Below, one piece after another: positions 1 through 10,519 of a stretch of DNA of 60,000 bases. This stretch comes from Lytechinus pictus (taxonomy: Eukaryota): the NCBI RefSeq assembly GCF_037042905.1, contig NC_087251.1, positions 10,108,001 through 10,168,000 on the forward strand. Reading direction: 5' to 3'. Both the position numbers and the translations under genes were made by a program. The notes beneath the pieces were generated by a model that saw only the letters and a program-made list of their open reading frames with translations, was not told where the DNA came from and did not search any database. Position 1 is the first letter of the stretch. Each line of letters starts with the position of its first letter.

Positions 1-9
1 ATTCTCCAG

Positions 10-89
10 TCACGATACCCATGATAATGATGATTATACGCCTCTGTATCGATCTTGGCAACTTCGCTTGGCGGATACGCATTTACATG
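10..89 (+). CDS. WD40 gene, window exon 1 (HDTHDNDDYTPLYRSWQLRLADTHLH)
   Basis: ttctccag acceptor at 8-9, gtaaaa donor at 90; open; ends in phase 1, matching the start of the next exon (g+ct = Ala). Confidence 0.62.
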
Positions 90-282
90 GTAAAATGTCT
101 TTAAAAGAAATAAAAAATCAATAAAGGTCTTTTCATTCTAGCGCTTTCTTATGGCGACAAAAGAAAGAAGGGGAGAAATCCCCGTTGTTTTCCCTTTCAT
201 TCTTCGCAACGCAGTGTAGGCCTATTGACAGTGAACAGGGTCAAGTTGATTCCAAAGGCGAAATTTTAAACAAGGCCTGACC

Positions 283-299
283 TGTGTGTGTGTGTGTGT
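283..299. repeat. (TG)n microsatellite
   Basis: tgtgtgtgtgtgtgtgt. Confidence 0.9.
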
Positions 300-1019
300 T
301 GGGGGTGGGGGAATCATCCCATTTTCGAGGGATAACTAACAGGGGAACTTGAACTTTCTTTCAACAAACCACACCCTTCGCTTGATTCGATCATTGCCAG
401 TATGAGAATGATAGTTGTCATGAAGAAAGCTATTTTTCTTATTCATTGGTTTGATATATACCAAGGAAGACAAAATTGCAATAAATCTAAAATTACATAA
501 TGTATATCAATCATTTGATAACTCAGTTTGTCGCATATGAACTTGTAATGAAAAGAACATTAATTTTACACTCATTTTAAACTTTACTAGATAATTAATG
601 TTACGATCAAGCTTAGCATTCGGGACATCGCCCTGTCATGTCTCGGATTTTTGTTTTATTTCATTTTATTTTTTAAATTTTAAATATTGTTATTATTATT
701 ATGATGTTTGTGTCGCCTTTTTTTTTGGGGGGGGGGGTTCTCTCTCCAAATTTAATCATTCAATCTTACAAAGACTTGTTGCACAAGGCATTTGCATGTT
801 CTCATTCTTTATCTGTTACTGTATTAGAATAAAATATTGGTTGTGCTTGATATCGATCCGAATCAGCATTGGTCTAAGGTCCCTGGCTATACATGGAGGT
901 TTTTAGGGCCAACCTTTTATCCCCGCCTTTTATTTCATTAATAAGGGAGATCATGGCATTCTTTTTCTTTCACGAAGATTATTATAAAACCCCGGTTTAA
1001 CCAATGATGTGTAGAAGAT

Positions 1020-1402
1020 AACGTTGTTTCGTCTTGTGGTCGCGCGTGACTTGCAAGTTGACTATTGTTCTCAATGCAGCCTCTTCATTGGTTAATCGTT
1101 TCGCCTTTTTTGGCAAGCGGTTACTAGGGCATTTCGGTTAGCTAGGCGGTGGTAAAATCGATTTTTGCATGGAGCAGGGTCAAAACGGAAGTCAAACTTC
1201 GAAGGCGTTTTTCTCTTGATTTTTATTTTCAAGAGCCCAATTCTTCTTGCATTCTTAGGCTTATATCTCCACTAATATTTACTCTTAAGGGTCGAGTGAT
1301 ATATCAAATTAAAGGTAAAGAAACGGGGAATAATAATCACTAAAAAAATTGGATATGAAAAATTCCGACTTGTCTCTCATTTCGATGTGACGAGTCACAT
1401 AT
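1020..1402. mobile_element. Possible DNA-transposon terminal fragment or CpG-rich island
   Basis: CpG-rich block ending in the near-palindrome atgtgacgagtcacat; the partner terminus was not found. Confidence 0.3.
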
Positions 1403-1481
1403 ATTAAGAAAGTATGAATTATCAAAGGATGAAATGTGATGTTATCTTTAAATAATTTATTTCTTTTATTTTGTTCACTAG

Positions 1482-1571
1482 CTTTGAAGAGGATGTGGAG
1501 GATGGTAACTGATAGAATCTCTGAATTAAGAAGAAGACATCTTCATGAAGACACTGAATCAGAATCATCAG
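1482..1571 (+). CDS. WD40 gene, window exon 2 (LKRMWRMVTDRISELRRRHLHEDTESESS)
   Basis: Pyrimidine tract plus ctag acceptor, gtagat donor; 90 nt, phase 1/1, open, joins 7833 in frame. Confidence 0.75.
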
Positions 1572-2270
1572 GTAGATAGGCTTTCATATCCCATCTAATC
1601 CTTTTTCATGCTTTCATGCAATGTGGTCATATAAATCATATCATCAAATGTGATCTTGCATGATAATCATTTTTCTTACAGGTGGCGTAATTCTAATTTC
1701 CATCCTTCTATACCCCTTCCTCATGCCCCCCTCCCTAAAAAAAAAAGCTTTTCAAAAATATATGTAGTATCCTTTCTTCACCTAAGATCGGTGTCCTGTC
1801 TTGTTAAATCTTATTATCGATGACAGATGTTAGAAGTCTGTGACAAATTTGATCTTGGTTAATCAAATCTCAGAATTTCTATAGGTCATAAGAATAGCTT
1901 TGTAGATCACATGCTTTATATAACAATACTTTGGTTCATATTGGCAGTTCTGTATTATCGGTACCCTGAAACAGTAAAAGTGCATTAGTTATACAATTAA
2001 TTTTCATTTGTATGTTCATGGTAATTTGTACACTAAAAACTTTTTTCAATTGTAATTAGTGATTGTATGTCATCATGTTAAAGGGTTTAAGATCATTTAT
2101 CCACTGCTGATCCTGGACATTTGGCTTCGCTCACATTCATTCCACTGTTATATATAATAGTTCATTATTCAACTCGTATGTAAATAGCAGCTTTCTGATT
2201 AATAGATATAGGTGTTTTTTCAAAGTGCTTCATAGACTTTTAGTGTAGACTTCAAGATCTGCTTACAAAA

Positions 2271-2435
2271 CATAATTTACTATCAATAACTGGGATATAC
2301 TTATTTGATTTGCTAGTTCATTACGATTAACTTGCATGTCGAATAAAAAGTACATAATTTTCCTGTGCGCGCGCTGCATCTCCCTATGAACGCACTATCC
2401 CAAGATCATCGCGCAAATTTGCGTCCATTTCCTCT
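2271..2435 (+). repeat. DIRS left inverted terminal repeat
   Basis: Near reverse complement of 6155-6300 (e.g. gaacgcactatcccaagatcatcgcgcaaatt vs aatttgcgcgatgatcttgggatagtgcgttc). Confidence 0.92.
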
Positions 2436-3330
2436 TTTACTTTCGCCTGCCGCCGTGATCAGACGTTAGCTAAGTACACTCCCACTTTGCTTTTTTAAAG
2501 TGTCCGTTGTTGACATATTTATCTATATATTTACTGCCTATTTCAATCCTTTGCCTTTCGGCTTTAGATTGATTTCATTTATATCTCTCTGCGCGGAGCC
2601 TTCGTGTTATTTATTCACGTTTTCTTCAAATAAACTTGTGAGTTCTGAACCGTCAGTTTCGTTTTCTCACAGACGGGTTGCCTCCGCTTCCCTTCCCCGT
2701 AGCTCCGCGCTCTCCTGCATGCCGCAGGCACTGATGCGACGCTTCCCTTTTTCTTTATAATTCTTTATAATTCTTGACTTGCTCCTTTGCCTCGTCTTGA
2801 ATTGAATTGATTTTATTTCCTCTCCACAGCGTATGCTATGTTGGACAGGTAGATTAATTAACTAATTGGTTAATTGTTTAATTATTAATTAATTTTAATA
2901 ATTATTTTGTATTGAATTTTTTTTAAAACTTTTTGGGAAGCCCCCTGTTCTTTATTAGTGTCCTTTGTTTTCGGTAATGAGTTTTCGGCTTTCCAGTTTA
3001 AGGGAAGTAAGCTTTTACTTCTTCCTTTCAGATCAGCTCCATTTACTTTCTTTTGACCTTGTCAACAAAAAAAAAACTTGTGTTTTTTTCTTAGCTGATC
3101 CTGCTCTTCGTCTTGGACGTTTTCTGTTTTTAATTAATTAACGTCATGTCTCGTGTAATTAATAAAAAAATAAAAAATTTAACTTTTTTTTTTTCTCACT
3201 TGAGCTTCTTAACTTTGTTTCAGAACTCATGTTTAAGAAGTCGGTCCTGTTTGTTATTTACCGGCGGTGAGTACAGCGGCGGTGAGTATGAGGGCAAGAG
3301 AGTGAGACCCTTTGCGAAGGCCTCTATAAA

Positions 3331-3811
3331 GGGTGGAACCGTGGTTTGCGTCCACGTGCCCTGGAAAAAGGAGGGTGGAACCGTGGAGTTGCGTCCACGT
3401 GCCCAAGAGGGTGGAACTGTGGAACCGCGCCCGCGTGCCCGAGCGTTTTAGGGTGGAACCGTGGCGCTGCGGCCACGTGCCTAATAGGTGATAGCCAAGG
3501 TTCCCTCGACGGGACCTGAACCTATTTTGGGGAGTGTTGTACTAGTATAGATAACCTCACTCCTCCATCCAGGGCTGCTTGACCCACCGGCTATCGGGTT
3601 AAGAGCGTGGGACTCTTTTCCCGGCACAGACTAGGCTCGATGCTTTGTCAGTCTCCGTCAGGGAGCATTAGCAAAGAGCTACCAGCCCCTAGTCGCTAGA
3701 GACACGTGAGCTCGACCCCGTCAATGTCACGATTATCTGATCAGGGTGGAACCGTGGAATCGCGTCCACGTGCCCTTAAAGGTGGAACCGTGGAATTAGC
3801 GTTCATGTGCC
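3331..3811 (+). repeat. Six copies of a ~31-bp GC-rich motif GGGTGGAACCGTGG-N-GCGTCCACGTGCC
   Basis: Copies start at about 3331, 3373, 3409, 3451, 3744 and 3780. Confidence 0.9.
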
Positions 3812-3984
3812 TGAACGGCTTGATCAGATTTGGGTGACTTTTCTCATGTGAGATATCACGTCCCCCCTGTCTCTTGTGCCCTCTTCTGCCCCCCGGCGGG
3901 GCCGCATAGAAGAGGAAGAAGAAATTCTAGGTCGCTAACCCCGCTTCGCGGGCAGACCTTTCTTTCTGATCCTTGTGCCGATGG

Positions 3985-4980
3985 CTAGGCGTCGTAACTT
4001 CATGTTACAACAGAACGCCCTCGAGCATGACAGATTTTTATCCTCATGCTCCTCGTCAGCTAAAACCGCCGTGTCAAGCACCGGGCAGGTCAAGCAGCAT
4101 TCGCCATCTCACACCTCGGAGAGTAACCGGCAATTTCATGATTCGCCGGCTCACGCACCTGCAAGGGAAATCCCCGCTAATACACAGGTGTTATCGACAT
4201 ACGGGCGTCGCCCCCCATTATGTCACCAGACTCCCGATAATTGTGGGTCAGGCGTTGTAACTCTCATGTTGCTTCACACGCCCACGAGCAGTGCGGGTAA
4301 TTCCCCCCACGCTTCATGTCAGCTTCAGCCGCCGTGCTAAGTACCGTGCGGTTCAAGCAGTCACCTGCCCTCTCACGCCGGGCTTTTATTGAAACGCTGC
4401 TCACCTACACGGTGACCCCGATTTTATGCAGGTGCTTCCGACATACGGCTTCCAAGCCCCAACATGTCGGCAAGCTCTCGGTGACCGACGGCTGGACGTT
4501 GCATCCTTACAGGTTGCATCAATACGTCCTTGAGCATTACAGGTTCTTACCCTCGTGTTCTCCGTCATTATAGACCACCGCTACGCGACGGCCGGGCTTA
4601 TCAGCAGCCTCGCACCAGCCACCTGCCCTTTTCATTGAAATTGCCGGCCCTTTCACCCGCATGGGTGATTTCACGATATGTACAGGTGCTGCCGACGTAT
4701 GGGTCTCACCCAGCAAGTCGGCAAGCCCCCGAATGTCGCTGGTTGGACGCTGCAGCCGCTTTGCTGCTTTCTGTCGGTCTTATTGCCGGTGGCGGGCATT
4801 GAGCGGATTGAGATTTCTCCCGCCAGCCTGCACCCCGGGGAGCCGTCGGCGAGTTCACCTGCATGGGTTTCCCCCATTAATATGCAGGTACTCCCGAATT
4901 TCGGAATTTGCCCTCTACGTCAAGCTTCACAGTTTGACCGGGCATTGCTTACGGCGACGGCTCTTTCAGCGGTAACTCTC
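3985..4980 (+). repeat. About four diverged ~250-bp tandem units inside the DIRS element
   Basis: Recurring anchors (a/g)g(g/a)cgt(c/t)g at ~3987, 4250, 4494, 4745 and caggt(g/a)...ccga/tcga at ~4185, 4429, 4683, 4885. Confidence 0.7.
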
Positions 4981-5309
4981 TCCATTCTACCCTCTAGGCG
5001 GGCCTGTAGATTGGATCATACAAACTCTTGAGTTTCTTCTCAAATGTTGAGCTTGTATGGTTTAATCCGTCATGGCGCCTGTCGGTTGTTCTTGACGCTT
5101 GACTAATTCCCTCTTGGGTCGGTATTCAGGGTATCTTTCGTATGTCTATCAGTCGAGATCCCTCTTGTCTCCGTTTATCTGTAACCATTTACAGTACGTA
5201 GCTTTGCATACTTATGCATCGCTCCCGGACATTTGCCAGGATTGGCGTAGATTAGGCGTGACTTCTAACCCTTGTCTTGTTTGCCATTCTTAAGACAATT
5301 CCCAACTCT

Positions 5310-5945
5310 GTTCAGTTGGTTGTATTGTCGCGCGAGCCGTTTGCGGCAGCTTCTCAAGACATCATTTCACGCTGGATTGTTGAAACGATCAAGTCAGTTG
5401 GTGATGATGTTATCCTTCTGACACAAGGCCACTAGCGTACCTACAGGAGGGGCAGAGGGGGCAGTCTGCCCCCCCTGACGAGCCACAACCCATGCAAAGG
5501 ACGTATTCCTGCCCCCCCCCCCCCTGACGAGCTTGAAATACCTTTTTGCCCCCCCCCCCCCCCCCCCCCCGACGAGCTTTTTTTTTTTTTTTTTTTTGCT
5601 TGTCAAATTTTTTTCTGGTACGAAATCCTTCATTTGTGATTGAAGACCTTTCTTTTTTTTTTTTTTTTTTTTGGCTTGTCAAATTTTTGGCGGACGGTTT
5701 TGCCCCCCCTGTGAAAAATCCTAGGTACGCCACTGCACTAGGCCGAGGGCCAATGATACTAAAGTATCGTTTCTTCTTGGGCTATTTTCAATGGAATTGT
5801 CGTAGACGACATCTTGAGGACTGCCTTTTGGCGCTCTTCTAATTCCTTCACTTCCTTGTTCTTAAGGACTTTACTTCGCATGAGGCCTTATTTGCCTCCT
5901 CTGTCCTTAAGGCAGTGGCCTTTGTATCTTCATCTCCCTATTTTG
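5310..5945 (+). pseudogene. Decayed DIRS tyrosine recombinase C-terminal domain, interrupted by a MITE
   Basis: Frameshifted translation QLVVLSREPFAAASQDIISRWIVETIKS..[MITE]..RPRANDT..SSWAIFNGIVVDDILRTAFWRSSNSFTS..LKD resembles the DIRS YR 'ISRW..AHxxR..SWA...I...A.W.S..TF..FY' segment; the catalytic H and Y appear mutated. Confidence 0.85.
5430..5735. mobile_element. hAT-type MITE nested in the DIRS YR sequence
   Basis: TIRs cactagcgtacct / aggtacgccactg; 8-bp TSD cacaaggc (5422-5429) and cactaggc (5736-5743); internal poly-C and poly-T runs. Confidence 0.88.
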
Positions 5946-5998
5946 TACGCACTTTCTTAGTCTAGACATGCCTCCCTTCACGTTGAATCCGTGTTGGT

Positions 5999-6097
5999 CT
6001 AGCAAATCAAATGAGTATATCCCAGTTATTGATAGTAAATTATGAAACTACTTACCATGATTTTCTTATTTACGAGATAACTGAATATACTCATTTG
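5999..6097 (+). repeat. DIRS internal complementary region (ICR)
   Basis: 5999-6044 is complementary to the left end (2271-2316); ~6040-6097 is complementary to the right end (~6284-6342). Confidence 0.92.
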
Positions 6098-6154
6098 TAC
6101 CCTCCCACCTACCCCTCGCCTTGCGTGGCAACATGTCTTGCGTGCAGGCTCATG

Positions 6155-6342
6155 AGAGGAAATGGACGCCAATTTGCGCGATGATCTTGGGATAGTGCGT
6201 TCATTGGGAGATGCAGCGCGCGCGCAGGAAAATTGTGTACTTTTTATTTGGCGTGCAAGTTAATCGTAATGAACTAGCAAATCAATTGAGTATATCCAGT
6301 TATCTCGTAAATAAGAAAATCATGGTAAGTATTTTCATATTT
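6155..6342 (+). repeat. DIRS right inverted terminal repeat with unique right extension
   Basis: Inverted copy of the left ITR followed by ctcgtaaataagaaaatcatggtaagta, which matches only the ICR. Confidence 0.9.
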
Positions 6343-7832
6343 CTTCAGTTTATTTATTGCATCTCATTTTCTGCAAATGCTTTTGCATACTGTACATGTA
6401 TCAGTTCTTTCAATCTTTCTGTTCTCTTCTCAGTAGATCATTTCAACCAATGTATTAACATACATCATCTTCTGCAATTGCAATTTTGTGTCTAATATCC
6501 TAGAATCTACTGTGGTATCTAAGTCAGACTCTGTTTGTTCAGAAGTAGGTAAGTATAAGGCATCATCTTTCATGTTTCATGATATGCTTGTTCAGATATT
6601 TTGTGACAGAGCTCAGCAAAATTTTGTGTAAAATTTAAATAGGGTATGAGGTAAAAATAATATATAAAGGCCTATATTGCAATTTTATAGGCACCAAGTT
6701 TATTTGTTTTTGTCACCTGGGTACAAAAAACTGGGCCAATCAAAATCAATTATCAAATATAAATAGCATAAATGCATGACATCATGTGCATTAATGTTAC
6801 TTGTGACAACATTATAAAATCATTTATGCCATGAGTTTGTCCATACAACTTTTGAGAAATTATATATGGTTAATTCACATATTTTTACGTTAATAAGGCG
6901 ATGCATGTATGTCTCACCATGTCTTCTACAAAATATGATATTGAGCATTGTTGCAGCATATCTGAATGAGGCTTGATAGCTAATTCATGCGTAGCTTGAC
7001 ATTCATTCAGAATGTAATTTTTCTCTCTCTCTTTTGCTTGGTGCTAATATATAAATCTGCAATACACGTAAACATGTTTTAAAAAAAAACTTTGCATATT
7101 CTATCAAAGCTAACTACCCAAACTGCAAGTATACGGCTTTTTCCAGTGATAAAAAGTATTGATTTTCTGCATGATAATTAGTTCAGATACAATCCAAGGT
7201 ATTTTGAGATTTACCTTTGAGAGGTGAGTGTTGTCAAAGATGTATTAATAAATAGAAATTCTAAAAAGGGTCTTGTGCAGCAGTTATTGCAGCACTCAAT
7301 GATGTTATATAAGAAAACATGCATGTTGCAGCATGTAGATTTCTGTGATTGACAATTTGTTAATTACACAGTAAATACTTCTGTGATATTTACATCAAAG
7401 AGCTTTGTAACTAACCCACTGGGTGATATATACATCACCCAGAATGAAGAAATGAACCTGAAATCAACATGAAATCAAACAATCTGTTGGCCAGAATCTG
7501 TAAACAAGGAGGAATGCAATCAACAAATTAAGCAGTAATAGATTTGAGACAAAGACAAGTGCATGAATTTAAAGATTCTTGTTCTTCTCCTCTGATCAAT
7601 TGATGTCATTCTGATAATAAAGAAGTATAATTTTATAGGATTATGTTGTAAAACGAATATATACTACTGATATCATTTTAAATATCTGAAATTGTTAATG
7701 TTATTTTAAGTAATTTCATTTATATGAACACCAGTGGCAACATTGCATCCTTGCATTGTCTTTATATCCTGAAATAAGAATGATGTTATCATCCAATATT
7801 AAAGTTTATGTACGCTTGTATTTTTGTTTCAG

Positions 7833-7923
7833 TCGAGATAGCAGTCGCTGTTGCCCATCCAAGACCAAGTAGTGCTCACACAGAAACCTCTTCTGATATT
7901 GAACGTGATGAACCTGATATGAG
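7833..7923 (+). CDS. WD40 gene, window exon 3 (VEIAVAVAHPRPSSAHTETSSDIERDEPDM)
   Basis: tttttgtttcag acceptor, gtgagg donor; phase 1/2, open. Confidence 0.8.
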
Positions 7924-8360
7924 GTGAGGATGCTCTCTCAAAACCTATCACATTTTTTGATGGGGTTATTATGTACAAATATTCCAGGCTGTGAGAAAGA
8001 ATGAAACTTCTCTATTTGTGGATAATAATATTGGTCTCTCCATCTAAAGATATATGATTTCTACCATACTTTCACAGATGAGATTCTAGTTATTATTAAT
8101 TCGTAAAATAGCCTTAAAAAAGATGTTTTTTTAAACAAATTTACGGTACCAAACTCTTCTTTATTTATTATTGATTCAAGTTCCCCAAAGTTTCTTGTTA
8201 TATTTTATATGAGCTTACCAAAGTTCCTGCTATCTTTAAACATGAAGCCTTTCTACAGATCGAGCACTTATTTCAAAATTATTTATATCTGTGTGGCCTT
8301 CTAGGTTTGATAAAGAGGACATGTATTAGATTAATTCATTTATATCTCTGCAATCTTAAG

Positions 8361-8499
8361 GTCTGCTGAAGCCCACACCCCTGTAGATGAGATTCTACGT
8401 ATGAGAAAGAGGACTACTTCAAGGAAGAGAAGATCTACCAAGAAGGAGGATATTGCATTAGACATCAGGCCTGAGTTACATAGAGCTAAAGATCTACTG
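8361..8499 (+). CDS. WD40 gene, window exon 4 (RSAEAHTPVDEILRMRKRTTSRKRRSTKKEDIALDIRPELHRAKDLL)
   Basis: tcttaag acceptor, gtagga donor; phase 2/0, open. Confidence 0.82.
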
Positions 8500-9547
8500 G
8501 TAGGAATCTTGTCTATGCATGCCTAAATTTGAACTTCAGATGAAACATTAATTTTTGTAAAATTTCTCAAAATTGTTATTGTTTTTTATGTTCTCAAGAG
8601 TAATTTTGCCCACAGAACCATCAAAATTTGAGCAAAATTTATGCAGAAACCCTACTAACTAAACACATGGCGATCATTTCTAAAATTGAAGACAACAACA
8701 ATGGTAGCCCATGTTTGTGCACCCATTCATTTTACACACAATTGTGTGGGGGTTGATGATGAGGGACATTACATTTTGAAGCCATTACATGAAATGTCTG
8801 AAGTTTAATTTTATTTTACCATTTTGACTTTGATTTTTGAAAAGAATGTTTGTTTACGTATTACAAATGTAAAGATTAGACAGTCGTTTCAAGGGACACT
8901 GCACAGATTTAGGACAACACGCAATATGTCTCCTTCTTTCAGAAAAAGATTTAATATTCTTCAAATTTTCAATGTTTTTTTGTTGGGGCTTTAAATCTAC
9001 TGCATTGTGAAATTGGTCTAAAAATATAACCTATGTATCTACGATTTTGTTAGAATTTGTTAGAAATTTGGAAATAGTGATTTGTTTTCAGTTAATGATT
9101 TTGACATTCCCATTTTGTTGCCAATTTATATTTTCCTATTTGGAATTTCTGGCATGAGATGCAAGATACTGTCATTAAACTTGATATTTATTAATGTATT
9201 AGGTTTATATGTTATAAGACTTGGAAGGTGTAAATGAAAAAAAAAAATAATTTTAATGGTTTCAGAAAAAGCGATTGTTGAATACCACAAAAATCAGAGT
9301 ATAAAATTTGTTCTCATGTATTGAAATCATAATTTTAAATACTTCATATGCAATATTTATTAAGCACCAAATATGCAAAAAGTATTATTAAAATAAATAT
9401 TGCTTAATACAGTTTACCATGTTTTTTTTTAAATGCAGGTTTATACCAACAATATTTAAAAAAAGTGAGACACAACATCGCTTATGCCTTGTTATTGCAT
9501 TCAAATTGTTATTTCTCTTCTCTTTTTCCCCAATTTGTATATTTTAG

Positions 9548-9628
9548 AATCCATCAGAAGAAGATGATGAAGAGCACATCCATTATGATGGAAAGATCAA
9601 GCAAATCAAGAGAGTTCGTCGACTACAG
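9548..9628 (+). CDS. WD40 gene, window exon 5 (NPSEEDDEEHIHYDGKIKQIKRVRRLQ)
   Basis: Long pyrimidine tract plus ttttag acceptor, cag/gtaaga donor; 81 nt, phase 0/0; 'RRLQ' leads into the 'GH' of the first WD repeat. Confidence 0.9.
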
Positions 9629-10166
9629 GTAAGAGATTTTTCTGGAGTACTTTCCGGTTGTTAAAACTAAATTATGCTTCAAGATGGTGGTATTTATGTT
9701 GATGTCAGGATAATCAGACTCACAAAGATTCTGTGATATGTGCAACAATGTTCAGCAACTTTTTCTAAATTGTTCAAGCATGGTAAGACCAATCTCCTTA
9801 TTCAAATTAAGGCGCATAATACTCTTTGTTGTCGAAAAAAATGGTGCAAAGGTGTGCTGACAAACTCATTGACATCACACATATTTTGTTATGATGTCAT
9901 GACTCATGTCATATGATGTTATAATGATTTTCATAATTATGTCATGAGTTGTGTTTAATGATTAATAACTTTAGCTGTGCAACTCTGGAGTCTGTACAGG
10001 TTATTTTACACTTCCTTTATAAAATAAATTGATTTTTACACAAATTTAAAACCCTTGCAACCTAAAAAAGGTCACTTGCCTCTGCTACATACTTTTATTT
10101 TAATGCAACATATCGCATTGGCTTCATACACAAGATTTTTTGCCTAGCCTTGTTGCTGAGTCATTT

Positions 10167-10325
10167 GAGCGTTGTGGCCCAGTTGATTAGACTCTGGACT
10201 TCAAAAAAGGGATGTGGGTTCAAATCCCAGCCATGGCGTTATTTCCTTCAGCAAAAAATTGATCCACAATGTGTTGCATTCAACCCAGGTGAGGTAAATA
10301 GGTAATGACAGGAAGTAATTCCTCA
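10167..10325 (+). mobile_element. tRNA-derived SINE, 3'-truncated
   Basis: A-box-like tggcccagttg and B-box ggttcaaatccc, followed by a body shared with the 11287 copy (ttcagcaaaaaa..tccaca.tgtg.tgc..acccaggtgaggt). Confidence 0.8.
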
Positions 10326-10378
10326 AAAACCAGAATCAGTATGCAGGTGACTTTGCCTAAGTCATATCTCTTGGGACC

Positions 10379-10519
10379 ACAGTAATCTGTTCGACTTAGA
10401 CGAAATTGAACTTAGAAGATGTTATTAACATATGTATTGCATATTGTGGTCTGATATAATGCTTTGATTAAATTGATTAGTCGACATATGGAAGGTCGAC
10501 TAATGGAGAGTCTACTGTA
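10379..10519. mobile_element. Small decayed Tc1/mariner-like MITE
   Basis: Ends acagtaatct / agtctactgta with repeated tcgac motifs; weak TIR match. Confidence 0.35.

Larger units (their letters stand above)
2271..6342 (+). mobile_element. Non-autonomous DIRS1-like tyrosine-recombinase retrotransposon
   Basis: Inverted terminal repeats at 2271-2435 and 6155-6342; internal complementary region 5999-6097 pairing with both outer ends; decayed YR coding sequence just upstream of the ICR; no TSD seen. Confidence 0.92.

Noticed and set aside
1169..1219. ATG GAG CAG... as a first coding exon
   Set aside because: The frame stops after 16 codons and there is no convincing donor in the phase required by exon 2; exon 10-89 fits instead.
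3331..3811. CRISPR-like array of ~31-bp palindromic repeats
   Set aside because: Spacers are only about 5-12 bp and irregular, there are no cas genes, and the array sits inside a retroelement in a eukaryotic intron.
3973..5031. Cluster of overlapping 70-120-aa ORFs as genes
   Set aside because: They arise from GC-rich tandem units within the DIRS element, with no coherent frame or recognisable domain.
5394..5842. Poly-K/G/P/F ORFs
   Set aside because: Translations of homopolymer runs in the hAT MITE.
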